From Haliotis cracherodii (lineage: Eukaryota): DNA of 64,000 bases. Below the pieces are notes generated by a model. The model was not told the DNA's origin and searched no databases. It saw only the letters and a program-made list of their open reading frames with translations. The stretch lies in contig NW_027266275.1 of assembly GCF_022045235.1 (NCBI RefSeq), positions 17,236,001 to 17,300,000 of the forward strand, given 5' to 3'. Every line of letters begins with the position of its first letter. Position 1 is the first letter of the stretch. Made by a program: the position numbers and the translations under genes. Of this stretch, positions 13,726 to 25,822 are shown piece by piece.

Positions 13726-13731
13726 TTTATT
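13726..13731 (-). promoter_or_regulatory. Polyadenylation signal AATAAA of the MACPF gene
   Basis: AATAAA on the minus strand about 55 nt downstream of the stop codon. Confidence 0.55.
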
Positions 13732-13786
13732 AATACGAGCGTGAAAAACAAACACGTTGTAATTTGAAGCCACTGGACTAGAGTCA

Positions 13787-14687
13787 TCATAGTTTGATGC
13801 CCCAGCTCATCCGACATCCCCCAGGCCGTCTATCAGTGTCGTCCCGGTAGTACGTCGTCCACTGGTTGGCCTTGGCGCAGAGATCTTGAGCCACCCCTCC
13901 ACCACACTGACCACCGTCACCGTCAGCATACCAACTGTAGCACAGCTTGGCATTCTTCAGCCACTTCGGGGATGTGCTGGCAACAGACAGCTTCCAGGAC
14001 ATTCGACATCCACCAGGTCGCCTGTCGGTGTCATCCCTGTATATTCTAGTATATGTTCCAAAGGATGCGCAGTAGGTGTCTCGTGAGTATCCACAACTGC
14101 CAGCATCTCCATCAGCATACCATCTGTAGCAGAGTTTTACTGAATGGAACCACAATGGCTGCGTCTTACTTTTCGGAATGAGTCCCCAACTCATTCTACA
14201 TCCTCCTGCCCTTCTGTCAGTGTCATCTCTGTAGACTTGAGTCATTCGTCCAGGTGGTGCACATAGAAGTCTACCAACCCCTCCACCACACTGGCCAGCA
14301 TCTCCATCTGCATACCACTTGAAGCATAACTGTAGGTCATCGGTAAACCACGAAGGGACTTGAAAATCCAGTGCAACTTCTTTGCCAAGCTGGTCCACAA
14401 TGCTCTGGGTTGGCTCAATCTTTTTCAGTTCTGCTCTTACTCGTGTGAGAAGTGATTGTACGCCACTGAATAATGCTGATGCAATCAAAAGTCGCTCGAT
14501 TTCCCGGAGGTTGGCCTTGTTGATATAGCTACTTACCGCACGCTCGAAAGACTTCTTTTTGGTCGCATCCTCAACAAAGTCACTGAGAGAAGCTATTTCC
14601 CCCGAAAAGAGCCATGGGTTTGTTATGACTGTAGGTTGCCAAGTGCTTAGACCTTTTGAAAGTAGATTGACATCACCACCGAAGTAC
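13787..14687 (-). CDS. MACPF protein (perivitellin-2 67-kDa subunit-like), exon 3: end of MACPF domain plus three Cys-rich C-terminal repeats
   Basis: Acceptor TTTTTAAG|G, phase 2. Reads (K)YFGGDVNLLSKGLSTWQPTVITNPWLFSG..., then 3x LC(F/Y)xWYADGDxGxC...YRDDTDRRxGGCRMSW, then stop. Confidence 0.9.
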
Positions 14688-15069
14688 CTTAAAAATGTAT
14701 TAGATATCGGATATAATTATTATCATATAGGCGAATGGGTAGACTTGTACACCGCTTGTTCAAGCCATATAGCTGCTGAGGATATTAGAACTGGGCTTCG
14801 AACATGTACCCACGTAAAGAATCGAACCAGGGTCAACTCTTCTACCATAGGGCTACCCCACCGATCTCATACTTATATGATGCATGACCTTTATCTGTAG
14901 TTTTTCAATTGTTACCCCATTTTATTCTGAGTTCTGTTTAAAACCTCCTGAAAATTTGTATGCCCCGTCACAATTTAATTTTTTACGCCCAATGGAATCT
15001 GATATCACGACTGGTTATTGTCCAGCGTTGGCGTTCTATATTTACTCAAACTGGTGAACCTTTTGCTGT

Positions 15070-15242
15070 GGGCGGACGGGTAGCCTAGTGGTTAAAACGT
15101 TCGCTCGTCGCGCCGGAAACCCGGGTTCGATTCCCAACATGGGTACAAGTTTTGCAGCCCATATCTGGTGTCCCCCGCCGTGATATTGCTGGAAAATTGC
15201 TGAAGGCGGCGTAAAACCATACTCACCCACTCACTCACTCAC
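15070..15242 (+). mobile_element. tRNA-derived SINE, family A (MACPF intron 2)
   Basis: A and B boxes, ACTC tail, TTTTGCTG flanking duplication. Confidence 0.88.
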
Positions 15243-15669
15243 TTTTTGCTGGAGGACCCCGAGTCCCCTAGTTTCATCCTACGCTCTGGAGCATTTATAA
15301 ATTATGCAGAGTCAACTACAAAAATATACAAAACGTCGGAGCACAACCAGTCTCTATGATATTGGCGAAAACAGATTCAATTGAGCGTAAAAGGCAAAAT
15401 AGTGCTGAAAATAAGTTCAAAATTAACATATCGTTTTCAGTTGCAACACAATTAGTAAACACGCTATCATGGCACTGGTTATTCTGGTCGGTTACAGGAT
15501 TGTCTGGTCAAGACTTGTTTATTTACAGGCTGTCGTCGTGTGGCAGGAGTACTGCTGTGCGGCGTTAGGCTACACCCAACACCTATTCGAATTGTGTGAA
15601 TGATGGGAAGAGCAGCATCCATTCCTATGGCGTCATCCATTCATATAATTTTCCACTATTTTGCCTTTA

Positions 15670-15932
15670 GGGGGCACGGGTATCCCAGTCGTCTAAGGTG
15701 CTGCGATTCGCTGTTCAGAGTTGCGTCAGAAACCTATGATTGTGGGTTCGAATCCCGGTTCGCCCCGATTATGTTTCAAGGTTTGTCAGCACCATACCCG
15801 TGCTCGTGGGTTTCACCGAAGTGGTAAACGTCTGAGACCTGCATCACTTCGGGCTTTCCTCCCACATTAAGCTGACACGCCGTGATATAAGTGTTAAAAG
15901 CGGCGTTAAACCCAACTCACTCACTCACTCAT
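15670..15932 (+). mobile_element. tRNA-derived SINE, family B
   Basis: B box GGTTCGAATCC, ACTC tail, 13-bp TSD TATTTTGCCTTTA. Confidence 0.88.
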
Positions 15933-16089
15933 TATTTTGCCTTTAACGCCCAATAGAATCTGTTTCGGTATGCGTTGTATGGACGTTTTTGTCTTACAGC
16001 ATGCTCGTTTTGGGGGTGGGCACATAATGGTGTGCGTAGTGTGAGAAAGGATTAGTTTAAAAATGTATAAAATTTCTAAACAAACCTAC

Positions 16090-16670
16090 TTAAGAGATTC
16101 AGTTGAAGATTTCTTGAAGTTTCTATCAATCCGGCTGCTAGAACTGGAACCGCTGCCTCTAATTTTCACCAGACTGAGAAATGATGCCTTGGCTTGAGCT
16201 TGTACATCTCTTGTAGTCTTCCCATCGTAGTAGCTTGATTTGGTTTCAATGTGCAGTTTTATGGCTCCACCGAAGTTACCGGACGTAAAATAATGAGTGC
16301 CAAAGTAACGAATAAATCTAAAATAAGATGACGGATTACTCGTAAAGCTTGTTGAAAGCCTGTCAATAAAGCGTTTAAAGTACCTACTGGTCTCCAAGTC
16401 AAATGCTGGTAGAAAGTCAATCTTCAAGGCCGCGTCGTAAGCTGATACTTCCTCAATATACTGGGATGTACGTGTAAGAGTGTGTTGCATCTTGGTGTAC
16501 GACCCACTGGCTGAAAACATGCCATACTTAAAACCCACGCTGATTCCAGCACTAGCTGCCATTGTCTTTTTCACTTCATTATAGTTCTTAAAGATCTTCT
16601 CGTTAGCATGTGACCAACCTCCCGGCACGCTGAGTATGTCCCATATTTGATCTGGGAGATCGTATGTGTT
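16090..16670 (-). CDS. MACPF protein, exon 2 (MACPF core)
   Basis: Acceptor TTTTCCAG|AAC, donor AA|GTAGGT. Contains the MACPF signature YFGTHYFTSGNFGG. Confidence 0.92.
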
Positions 16671-17410
16671 CTGGAAAATATAGAATTGTTTTGTATTTTT
16701 GTGGTTACATCGGAATTGGTTACTTCAAAAGTACAGGAAACGGCCCGATCGATGACAAAAGCTCAAGAAAAGAGTATTGTTTGTCTGAGATAGTAATTAA
16801 ATATGGAGTTTGATAAATACTATATGTCGTTTCGACAGGTGTTTAAACGTTCGAGTATTTTTATAATGGATTGGGATAGCTAGGCTGTTTGTAAACACAA
16901 TTTCCATTCATATAGATTTGAAACACACTTTTGCGTCATTCAATTAAATATGCATAAGTACTTATCTTATGAATCCCCATCCTTCTAAAAAACCAAACTC
17001 CAATTTAATCAATCAGAGTCAACAATCGTAAGATCATTTAGGATTGTATTTCAATGTATGCAAGAGAAATTATTTCTGTCTATGTCTTGGTCTCAATGCA
17101 TGTTCTTTTAAAAGAGGGTCGATGGGGAAGGTAGACTATTGTTTAAAGCGTTCGCTCATTTTGCAGAATGACCAGGTTCGATTCCCAACAAGGCCATTTA
17201 TGGAGCCCCTCGCCGTGATATTGCTGAAATACTTTTAAAAAACCATAATAATTTACTCACACACTCTCTTTGAAAGATGTTAGTTAATATTTAGCCTTTC
17301 GTAGACAACTTCACTGCCTACTTCGATCGTAAATGATGTACATTAGAAATTGTAAATCCATCACTTCAGTAAAATAATTCACTAATTATTAGCTTATCGC
17401 ATCGTTTTAC

Positions 17411-17641
17411 CTTTTTACGATCGGTCCAGGTAAGGTTCAGATTACAGGTGAAGTCAATAATCGGTCTCTTGAATCCATCAGGATTGCTAGTCGTCAGATC
17501 AAGCGGCAAAAGATCTAGGGTTGTTACATCCACCCCTCGTCTCATCTTGTTGATGCCCGGGGGTGGGGAGGGACATCTCCTCCCATCCGCAAGGGGAAGG
17601 GCGGAGAGAGCAAACACCAGAATAAGACACCCAAACACCAT
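17411..17641 (-). CDS. MACPF protein, exon 1 (signal peptide and N-terminus)
   Basis: Signal-like MVFGCLILVFALSALPLADG, then the GVDVTTLDLLP motif. Donor AAG|GTAAAA, phase 0. The three exons total 1713 nt (570 aa). Confidence 0.9.
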
Positions 17642-18036
17642 CGCTGTTTAGCTGGCTAATGACGCAGAATACAAAGTTGAGTCTGTATATAGTCAAACGC
17701 GTCATCTACTGCACGGTTCATGTAGCTTGGTACTGTTTCCCTATGAACCCTAGCTTATTGGATATGTGTGTTGTGTTGGTTTGTTGTGTACTTTTGCTTG
17801 GAGTAAACTATGACAGTGTTGTGTTGCTTGGAGTACATGATTAAAATGTGTGTTCTTTGTATTTCAATGTCATAGTGTTGTGTAAGGAAACAATGTGAAA
17901 AGTTTTGTGGTGACTTTAGAATTGCAGTGTTGTGCTTTGAGTACAGGGTGTTAATGTTTTGTTGAGTGAGTGAATGTGTGCAATATGACAGTGTTGTATT
18001 TTTAAACCAATGTGACAGTGTTATGTTTTGAAAATA

Positions 18037-18210
18037 CAGAAAACAAGGGTTATAACGAACACGCTTATAACGAACTAACGGATATAACGAACTAACATTT
18101 TAGTCCCGACTATTTGCTGTAGTTATACTGTATATATGCTTATAACAAATTAAGGTTATAACGAACTAAAATTAGTAGTCCCTTTTAGTTCGTTATAACC
18201 GTAGTTTACC
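18037..18210. mobile_element. Tigger/pogo-type MITE (degenerate copy)
   Basis: Inverted homolog of 30716-30890, with repeated TTATAACGAAC motifs. Confidence 0.65.
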
Positions 18211-18929
18211 TTAATGTGACAGTGTTGTGCTGACTGCATGGTAGTGTTTGGGTGTTTGGAGTAGTGTTGCATGTTGTTATGCGTGTTGTTATGTAATAAA
18301 TGTGCGCGGCGAATAATAAGGCAGTGCGATGATGTTCGACTTTTGTTAATACTTTATGGATGGTTTCGGATGTTGATGCATCTAGATTATAGACCACTTC
18401 TATAATGACTTGACGGAATATTGTCTTGACAAATGTTTGCAATCTCGCAGTGATTTTAGGCATCTTATGGATGTAGAGAAAGTGCCACACATTCTATCAT
18501 GTCCAGAATTGTATAAAACCTTCTGCCAAAACTTGCAAACTGAACTTAGGTAAATGATTCAACATAATGCATATTAGTTGATAATTTTATTTTATCTTTA
18601 CACTTTTTATTTAATTTTATGTAGAATGTACATATTATATATTTCTTTGTACAAGATTTTACATTTGTCCAATGAAAAAATCTCTCGTAGCTCCATTACG
18701 GAGGGGCTCAGTTGTGAAACATATTTTCCCGTTTTGTGTGTATTCTATTTAAGGTGAGACTTGAAAAACAATATGTCTGTCTAGAAATACAAAATACTAT
18801 ACATCTTCCTGTAGATTACAACTGCAATTATATTAACCTAAGTGACTTTGGGTTTGCAGTAAACCAGATCCGGGATACCTTGATTGAAATGACACACCTT
18901 GGTATACAGTCGTTACAAAGCTTTTAATA

Positions 18930-20400
18930 GTTTGTTTATTTCTGAACTGTAGGTCATAATACTTACATCACTTCAAGCCATGGGCTGAGAGACAAGCTTT
19001 CTCTTCACAATGCATGATTGATGAACAAAGCTAAGTTATGCAATAAATTATAGTTTCTTGTTGATGATAAAATGATGGGCATTTCGATGGGCATTCGGAA
19101 ACTGTTAACGCATCCGTAGTTCTTTGTTATACCGACAAATAAGCATGACATGATATTCTTCTTCAAGGTTTTTACTATGACAATATTTAGTTCATGTTCA
19201 GTTTTGTTACATTTACCTTAATAAAATGAAAGATCATAGTAGCGCAGCATCGAAACTGTGATAATGACGTTCCCTAATATCTACACATCGTAGGTATTTT
19301 TCTCATCTAAAATGATGTTTATAAATATATATAATTTACTATTCATAAAATTTTCACTCCAGTTTTGTTGGAAGCAATCTTTGCCCCTTAGGTGTACAAG
19401 AGATTAAAGCAAACCATCATTATTCCTAACCCTAACCATGCATTTCCAAGACTAATATGAAAAAGTATAGCTATAATTATCGAAGCCCAGTTCTTTTTAT
19501 TACGGGAATCACTTGCGGTTTGATCAATGGATAACGGTACGGACGCAAGGAGATTAGTTTAAGCCAAAATGAGACTTGACGTCTTAAGGTAAAAATACGA
19601 ACAGGATATCGTCCACATTCACCAGGTACAATATCAGTTTGTGCAGAGCTTAGAATACCAAGAAAACGCTTATATGCTTGTAAATGTACCTCTTCTAACA
19701 ATTGTACTTTCAAACACCCTCAAATCTCCGATCCAAACAAGAAAATAGGCAGGATTTTAGAGTCAAATAGATATCATTATGATACATTTTCAAATTTTAA
19801 ACCATATGTTTGTACAGTTTATGTACCGTGCCTCCTTTGCTTTTAAATCCGTATATTCTACGGATGATTGTCATGTAGATTTCTCGTAAATAACATACCT
19901 TACTCATTTTACGAAGAATAATACCTTGATCTAAGAACGTTTATATATTCATTTTTTTCTGTTTTTGAACGTTTCCCGCCATTTTTATAAAACAAGGTTT
20001 GTTTTATTTGAATTGAACTATAATGACCATGGATCACAATTATGGTCGAAAACGTCTATTTCCTTTGGGAGTCCAATGAAAGTATCTGAGAAAAGAACAA
20101 TATCATTTGCAAACAAATACGAACAAATTATTAACGAAACAGTCAAAATACCAGCCTGTTAGTTTAAAGTATTGGTGTAGAGTTTTTTAAACACTCAAAG
20201 AAGTGACATATCACGATATGGTTCTGAACTATTTGTATCTCCTTTCTTGGATGTTATAATGATGGCTTTTGACCAAGTTAGGGGATGGGATTGAATAAAA
20301 CTTCCGAAAATGGAATGAGAAATTGACTTGACGCTTAAAACATTTACTATATTTAATAATCTTCACCAGCAGCATTATTTACCTTTAATTTGTTATTGCT
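18930..20400 (-). mobile_element. Decayed non-LTR retrotransposon (LINE) ORF2 remnant
   Basis: Fragments on the minus strand: WSKAII (~20270), LFANDIVLFSD (decayed FADD, ~20100), LEEVHLQAYKRFLG...GECGRYP (19477-19713), EEEYHVMLIC (~19140). Confidence 0.7.
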
Positions 20401-22334
20401 AGTTTGTATTTGTTATCTACTATTTGACGCATTAAATGTATTATCTGTTGCTCAAATACATTTTTGAGTTTCTGTGGAACATCATGTTCTAATTCTCATT
20501 ACCCACAGCCACTATATTTCTTTATGAGAAACTCTTTTAAAGGCCTCATTCAAATCATTCAAATATGACCCCATTTAAATCAGATAATGACTTAAACTGA
20601 AAGTCACACTTGACAGCACTGCAGCACTGCAGCCTGATTTAAGTGCATTTCCAGATGTTATGTATGCAGAGAGAGACTTTCTGCGCTCGCTACCGGCTTA
20701 AAAATAACGTTGTTGTTATAGAGATTGACGAGTGTGATCAAACCAATCAGGTAAGCTGCAGCTGGATATACGCTTTATGCACGCAGCTGACCTTATCAAT
20801 GTATCCGTGAACATGTTAACAACTTGACTAACATCAAACAATAAAATAAACACGACATCCATGAACAATCAGTTGAACTGACAATAAAAATATATTCAAA
20901 ATCGCACTTCCAAGCATATTTCATTACATCTGATGGTTAGTAACATTGCCACCGCGTGTTTCATCAACTTTACATTTTTTATCGTCACAGGTAGATGATA
21001 CAGTACGTGAGTGAAGTTTAAAAGATATCTTACTAAACACAGGCCCTGATCCAATTGCACGATCCCTACATCCGTTTGGACTTTTGTATGTGAAATCTTC
21101 GATCCCTTTGTCTTCACCACACAAATCTGCACATCGAGATACCTCCAGCTGCATGGCTAGTACGGTCGTAGTGTCAACACCCCGTCCATGTATATATCAT
21201 TGTATCCTCTAGGACGAGGTCGTAGCCACGTTGTCCTCGTGCAACTGATATACCATACTGTAAGTAGACCCAGTGCATGTTTTAAAAAATAAGACGCATG
21301 CCACCAATAGAAGGTTTACCATTCTATAATTCAGATCTGGGATGTCATAAGGCCATGTCGTTCAAAGAATATTTATGTCTACTACTCCTTTAAGTAGAAT
21401 ATTTGTTATTTTAAGTTTTGTCTAAAATTGCATACAATCGCCAGCGGTTGTCTAAAAATGCATACAATCACCAGCGGCTGAAGGGATGGTGTATATCCTA
21501 CTGGGGAAGCGTGAAGGTAGCAGAAGTATCGTAAGTCACCACGGTTCCTAGCAAGGTTGCCTGCTGCTGGCGATCTATAGCCCGTTTTGATAATGTATTG
21601 TTATGTATCGTGATGTAATTTTATGGTTCCATGGTTGTTTTAAATTTCAATCTGTGTTAGACTTTTCTGGTTTAAATGTATTGATTATGTATACCCTTTG
21701 CAAGTCACGATATGGCTGAAATAATGCCGATGTTAAAATTTTATCTAACTCTCGTCTCCAGCCGCGATGTGTGACATGTCTTCAATGCGCTGTCTCCAAG
21801 TATCAATCATGACTATAACATTGAAGTGAGGGTGTAGTGAATAATTATATATAACGTTTAACTTATTTACCTCATGTGAGTTTTCCCTTCGTTATATACT
21901 CGTCAACTCACATGCAATGAATGTGCAAATAATTCATACATAACCTGTCGCCTATGCATTACCTTATAGTTGAACCTTCATGACGTGAATAGTTTGAGTA
22001 TACAATCATCTTCAATTTTGTAATTCATGTTTATAATTTTGCTATTTGGTTAAAGTATAATCACCCTTACCAAAAAGACACAAACTCCTTTGTGGATATA
22101 TTTGTCATAAGGGCCGCCTGATGGGGATGATAACAATGTGTGACTGGGTGACTGTGTGTCATAGTGACCCGACGGCGTAGGTCGTTACTCATGCTATCAA
22201 CCACTGGATTGCCAAGATCCATGCCGTGACAAAGCTGGAAGAATACTATTCGTCCTCTCATATTTCAAGCATTTCAAAGGATGAGTGTTCACCTGTGTAT
22301 TCACCTCATTAACGAATGTATCTTTTTTATTTTG

Positions 22335-22472
22335 ATAGAGCGTCCACCCGGAGAACGGAAGATCCGGGGTTCTATCCCCGACCGCATCATACCAAAATAC
22401 GTTAAAAGCTGGTACTTGTTGTTACTCTCTCTTGCGCTCGACATTAAGGGGCTAAAACAAGGACTGGTCGGT
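22335..22472 (+). mobile_element. tRNA-derived SINE, family D (truncated at the adjacent inverted-repeat element)
   Basis: Homologous to the fuller copy at 25400-25597. B-box-like motif followed by a CGCATCATACCAAA...TGGTAC body. Confidence 0.7.
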
Positions 22473-22476
22473 TAGA

Positions 22477-23463
22477 TGGCGCTGCACTGACCCAGACAAT
22501 GACTGCACAATGGCGGCCTCCATCAGAAAAACAAACATGGCGGACACGACATGTATTTACCATAGGAAAACGCTAGGACGGGTGGTTAAAAAAAATTCTT
22601 AGCATTTTCATAAATGCTCTTGCAATTTATACGTCACGAGAATAGCGTCCATTGTTACTTTTAGTGAAGGAAAACATTATTTAAGCTGTTTTGAGACTCG
22701 AAAGTGGTCGTCACATCAGTGAAATGTGAACAATGACACACACACCCGTTTCAGCTCACTGTACCAAATTAATTCAAAATTATCAACATATTCTTTATTA
22801 TTATGCCATTTAGCCCTGATATTTTTACAAGCACACACATAGTTCAGAACCACTAGATTGGAATTAATAAATTATTTTTCCAAAATTATTCCATCTATTT
22901 ATGATTAAATTCATTGTGTAATAAGAAGACAAATGTCAAATAAATGGCTTTTTATGTGAATAAAATCCAGAGGCCAAACATCGAAACCAGTGAGAGACCC
23001 TATCATTGAACACCATTATTACGGATCAAAAGTGTTTGTTTTTTCTAGTTATTATAATTCCGCTAAACCCACCATTTTACAATGGGAGAAAACGGAGCAT
23101 AATCGGCGACATTTGCGTCATAAAATTTGCTAAAATAAAGATGCTAACGGTATTTCATTAACGTGGTCGTTTAATTCCATGTATTATGTATACGATTTCG
23201 AAACAACAATGAGCTGACACGAAATTTTAACTCACATATCACTGTTAAAAACAGCTTAAATATTGTTTTCCTTCACTAAATGTAACAATTGACGTTATTC
23301 TCGTGACGTATACATTGCAAGAGCATTTATGAAAATGCTTAGAAAAAAATTTAACCACCCGTTCTAGCGTTTTTCTATAGTAAATACATGACGTGTCTGC
23401 CATGTTTGTTTGTCTAGTGGAGACCGCCATTGTGCAGTCATTGCCTGGGTCAGTGTAGCGCCA
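22477..23463. mobile_element. Non-autonomous DNA element with ~215-bp terminal inverted repeats
   Basis: 22477-22692 is the reverse complement of 23247-23463 (TGGCGCTGCACTGACCCAG... and ...CTGGGTCAGTGTAGCGCCA). Confidence 0.8.
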
Positions 23464-23554
23464 GCGCCGAGGCGAGCATCCATCTGTAAATGGATGCATC
23501 TATACATTTTATAGGGACAGCTCCCTCCATCTCTCGCTTCCGATGGATGTATCT

Positions 23555-23696
23555 GACCATTCAACGAAGGGGACATCTATTTCCGTCTCTAGTCTCAGTG
23601 AATGTATCAAACCATTCAACGAAGGGGACATCTATTAAGGTCTCTTGTTCCAGTGAATGTATCAAAGTATTCAACGAAGGGGACATCTATTTCCGT
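23555..23696. repeat. Short tandem repeat, 3 x ~55 bp (ATTCAACGAAGGGGACATCTATT core)
   Basis: Three direct copies visible in the sequence. Confidence 0.8.
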
Positions 23697-24207
23697 GTGG
23701 CCTGAAATACTAGTCCCATCATAATAGACTTGCTATAGTAAGTTTCATATTAATAACATCAATTATCCTTTATTCGTGCCCAAATACACTGTACGCTATA
23801 CAATAACAAAATGCAGTATATTCTTTATGCTTATAGGAGATTGACAAAGTACGTTTTTTCATTAACAAAATCAAGAATGAACATCGCACATAATGTCAAA
23901 TCAATGACCATTATTTGACAAAATCCTGATTCCTAGTCAGTTAAACACGATACGGTTATGGCCTATCCAACAAGCGTGTAGAGAGCATGCCACTTCCCCA
24001 GATTATCCTCTGACTATTAAACAGAATATCATAGTGGGACCTCTGCAGTGCGGACACCCATATTGTCCTCAATAAATACAACTGTGTCAGACTGCCAATA
24101 CGTTGTCATGACTGTGGTTCGGAAAGTGAGGTTTCCGGTTTTATGAGACTTGTGATTTGCAAGGTAGTTGAGGGACATCTGGCAGGACAACATACGATGT
24201 TCCTGTT

Positions 24208-24273
24208 TCACGACACGTGTTTTCCAGTCTTACACCCGTGTTGGTAGTCCATCCTTCCACAGTTGTAGCATGT
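24208..24273 (-). CDS. RING/TRAF-ZnF gene, terminal exon (TCYNCGRMDYQHGCKTGKHVS*)
   Basis: Acceptor TTGCAG|ACA, phase 0. Completes the Cys/His motif begun in exon 2. AATAAA at 23769-23774 on the minus strand. Confidence 0.8.
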   Translation of the reverse strand, partial: TCYNCGRMDYQHGCKTGKHVS

Positions 24274-24318
24274 CTGCAATGGCAATTCATGTGTGTGCAA
24301 TGCGTACGCTAAGACTTA

Positions 24319-24615
24319 TGGCACTGGTGGCCCAGCCGCCTAAGGCACCGCAATTCGCTATGCAGAGTTGCGTTCCTTCGGCACGCCAGGAATCTATGAT
24401 TGTAGGTTCGAATCCAAGTTCGCCTCGATAATGTTTCTATGTTTTTCAGCACCATACCCGTGATCTAGGTTTCACCAAAGTAGTAAACGTCTGAGACCTG
24501 CATCACTTCGGGTTTTCCTCTCACATCAAGCTGTCACGTCGTGATATAACTGGAATACAGTTTCAAGCGTTAAACCCAACTCACTCACTCACTCACTCAC
24601 TCACTCACTCACTCA
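24319..24615 (+). mobile_element. tRNA-derived SINE, family B
   Basis: Homologous to the 15670 copy, with a long (ACTC)n tail. Confidence 0.85.
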
Positions 24616-24746
24616 CAGTCCACTCACAGTCATGTAGATGCATCCAGAGTAAAGAACTATCCATACCACATAATTTTAATTCGCCAAAAGTTAAAGAATG
24701 AATCACAATACAAGTTAAGATTATGATAACAAAACATATTACTTAC

Positions 24747-24749
24747 CCC
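24747..24749 (-). CDS. RING gene microexon 6 (GGG, Gly)
   Basis: caaatag|GGG|gtaagt. Confidence 0.65.
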
Positions 24750-24981
24750 CTATTTGTCCGCAGGTGGTCGAGATCATGAAAATAAATGAAGACATGCCAT
24801 CATTCCTTTTGCCATTTGAAAACAATAAAGCTGTAAGTTCTGTATTATCTGTATCGATGAATGTCCGTTAATAGAAATGATACAAATATGGGAACTGTTA
24901 TCTTATCAAGGACTCGTAAAAAGCTATAAATGTACGTAATACAATTTACTTTTATTATTATAATAATCAATCCATACTTAC

Positions 24982-24984
24982 ACC
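24982..24984 (-). CDS. RING gene microexon 5 (GGT, Gly)
   Basis: ttcgacag|GGT|gtaagt. Confidence 0.7.
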
Positions 24985-25279
24985 CTGTCGAACACAGTTG
25001 TAGGTAGAGCATGAAATACAAACAAGTACCAATTATTATTTGCCATGAAACATGTCACGAAGTGAAGGAACCGACCATATTCCCCCAGAAATGAATAATA
25101 TGACCCAAAAATACAAATTAAACGTTTCACGAAAAACACACATTAATTGGACGCCTGAATGCAATAATGTTCGTTGGTTGAAAGAAATGGCGAAAATTAA
25201 ACTTTTCCTAAATAGAAATGTCCAAAAGTTACCTCAAGTTACACACACACCCACAAAGAAGAGAAGAAATTATACTTAC

Positions 25280-25285
25280 AAAAAG
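25280..25285 (-). CDS. RING gene microexon 4 (CTTTTT, Leu-Phe)
   Basis: cttgatag|CTTTTT|gtaagt. Confidence 0.7.
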
Positions 25286-25399
25286 CTATCAAGATCGATC
25301 AATATGAAAAAGAAACAAAAATACATCTTATTCTAATTTGATTAGGCTGATTAGGTGAGGTGGAATTGCACTCATATAGCGACGCGACGCGACTAATGC

Positions 25400-25597
25400 C
25401 GCAGTTTAACATAAATACCCTACTCAGTATGCTCCGAGCCGACCAGTCCTTGTTTTACCCTTTTAACGCTGAGCGCCAGGCAAGGTAACAACAAGTACCA
25501 TCTTTTAACGTCTACTGGTATGACGCGGTCGGGGATCAAAAACCCGATCTTCCGCTCTCCGGGCAGACGCTCTATCCACTAGACCAGGGAGTCGGTC
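25400..25597 (-). mobile_element. tRNA-derived SINE, family D
   Basis: Head CTAGTGGATAGAGCG...TTGATCCCCG. Body shared with the 22335 copy. Confidence 0.75.
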
Positions 25598-25816
25598 GAT
25601 TGGTGTGATAGTAGAGAAGTACATGAACGCGTCAACTATAATACAACCTCATGTGCATGTCAAAATTGTGCAAACTTTCAACCTTCATTGTACACAAGAT
25701 TAAGATCGTTAACAATGAGATCTCATTGTTATCTCTTATCAAGGTTTTATGCATGTTATAACTCTTGTAACTTTGTAGTTTACCATTTTATTAATTCCCG
25801 AAATGTATACACTTAC

Positions 25817-25822
25817 GTCGAT
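25817..25822 (-). CDS. RING gene microexon 3 (ATCGAC, Ile-Asp)
   Basis: CTAAC branch point and pyrimidine tract, then gggacag|ATCGAC|gtaagt. Confidence 0.72.

Noticed and set aside
14982-15040. GCCCAATGGAATCTG motif recurring at ~15947 and ~35281
   Set aside because: Short degenerate dispersed repeat; no structure or function can be assigned.
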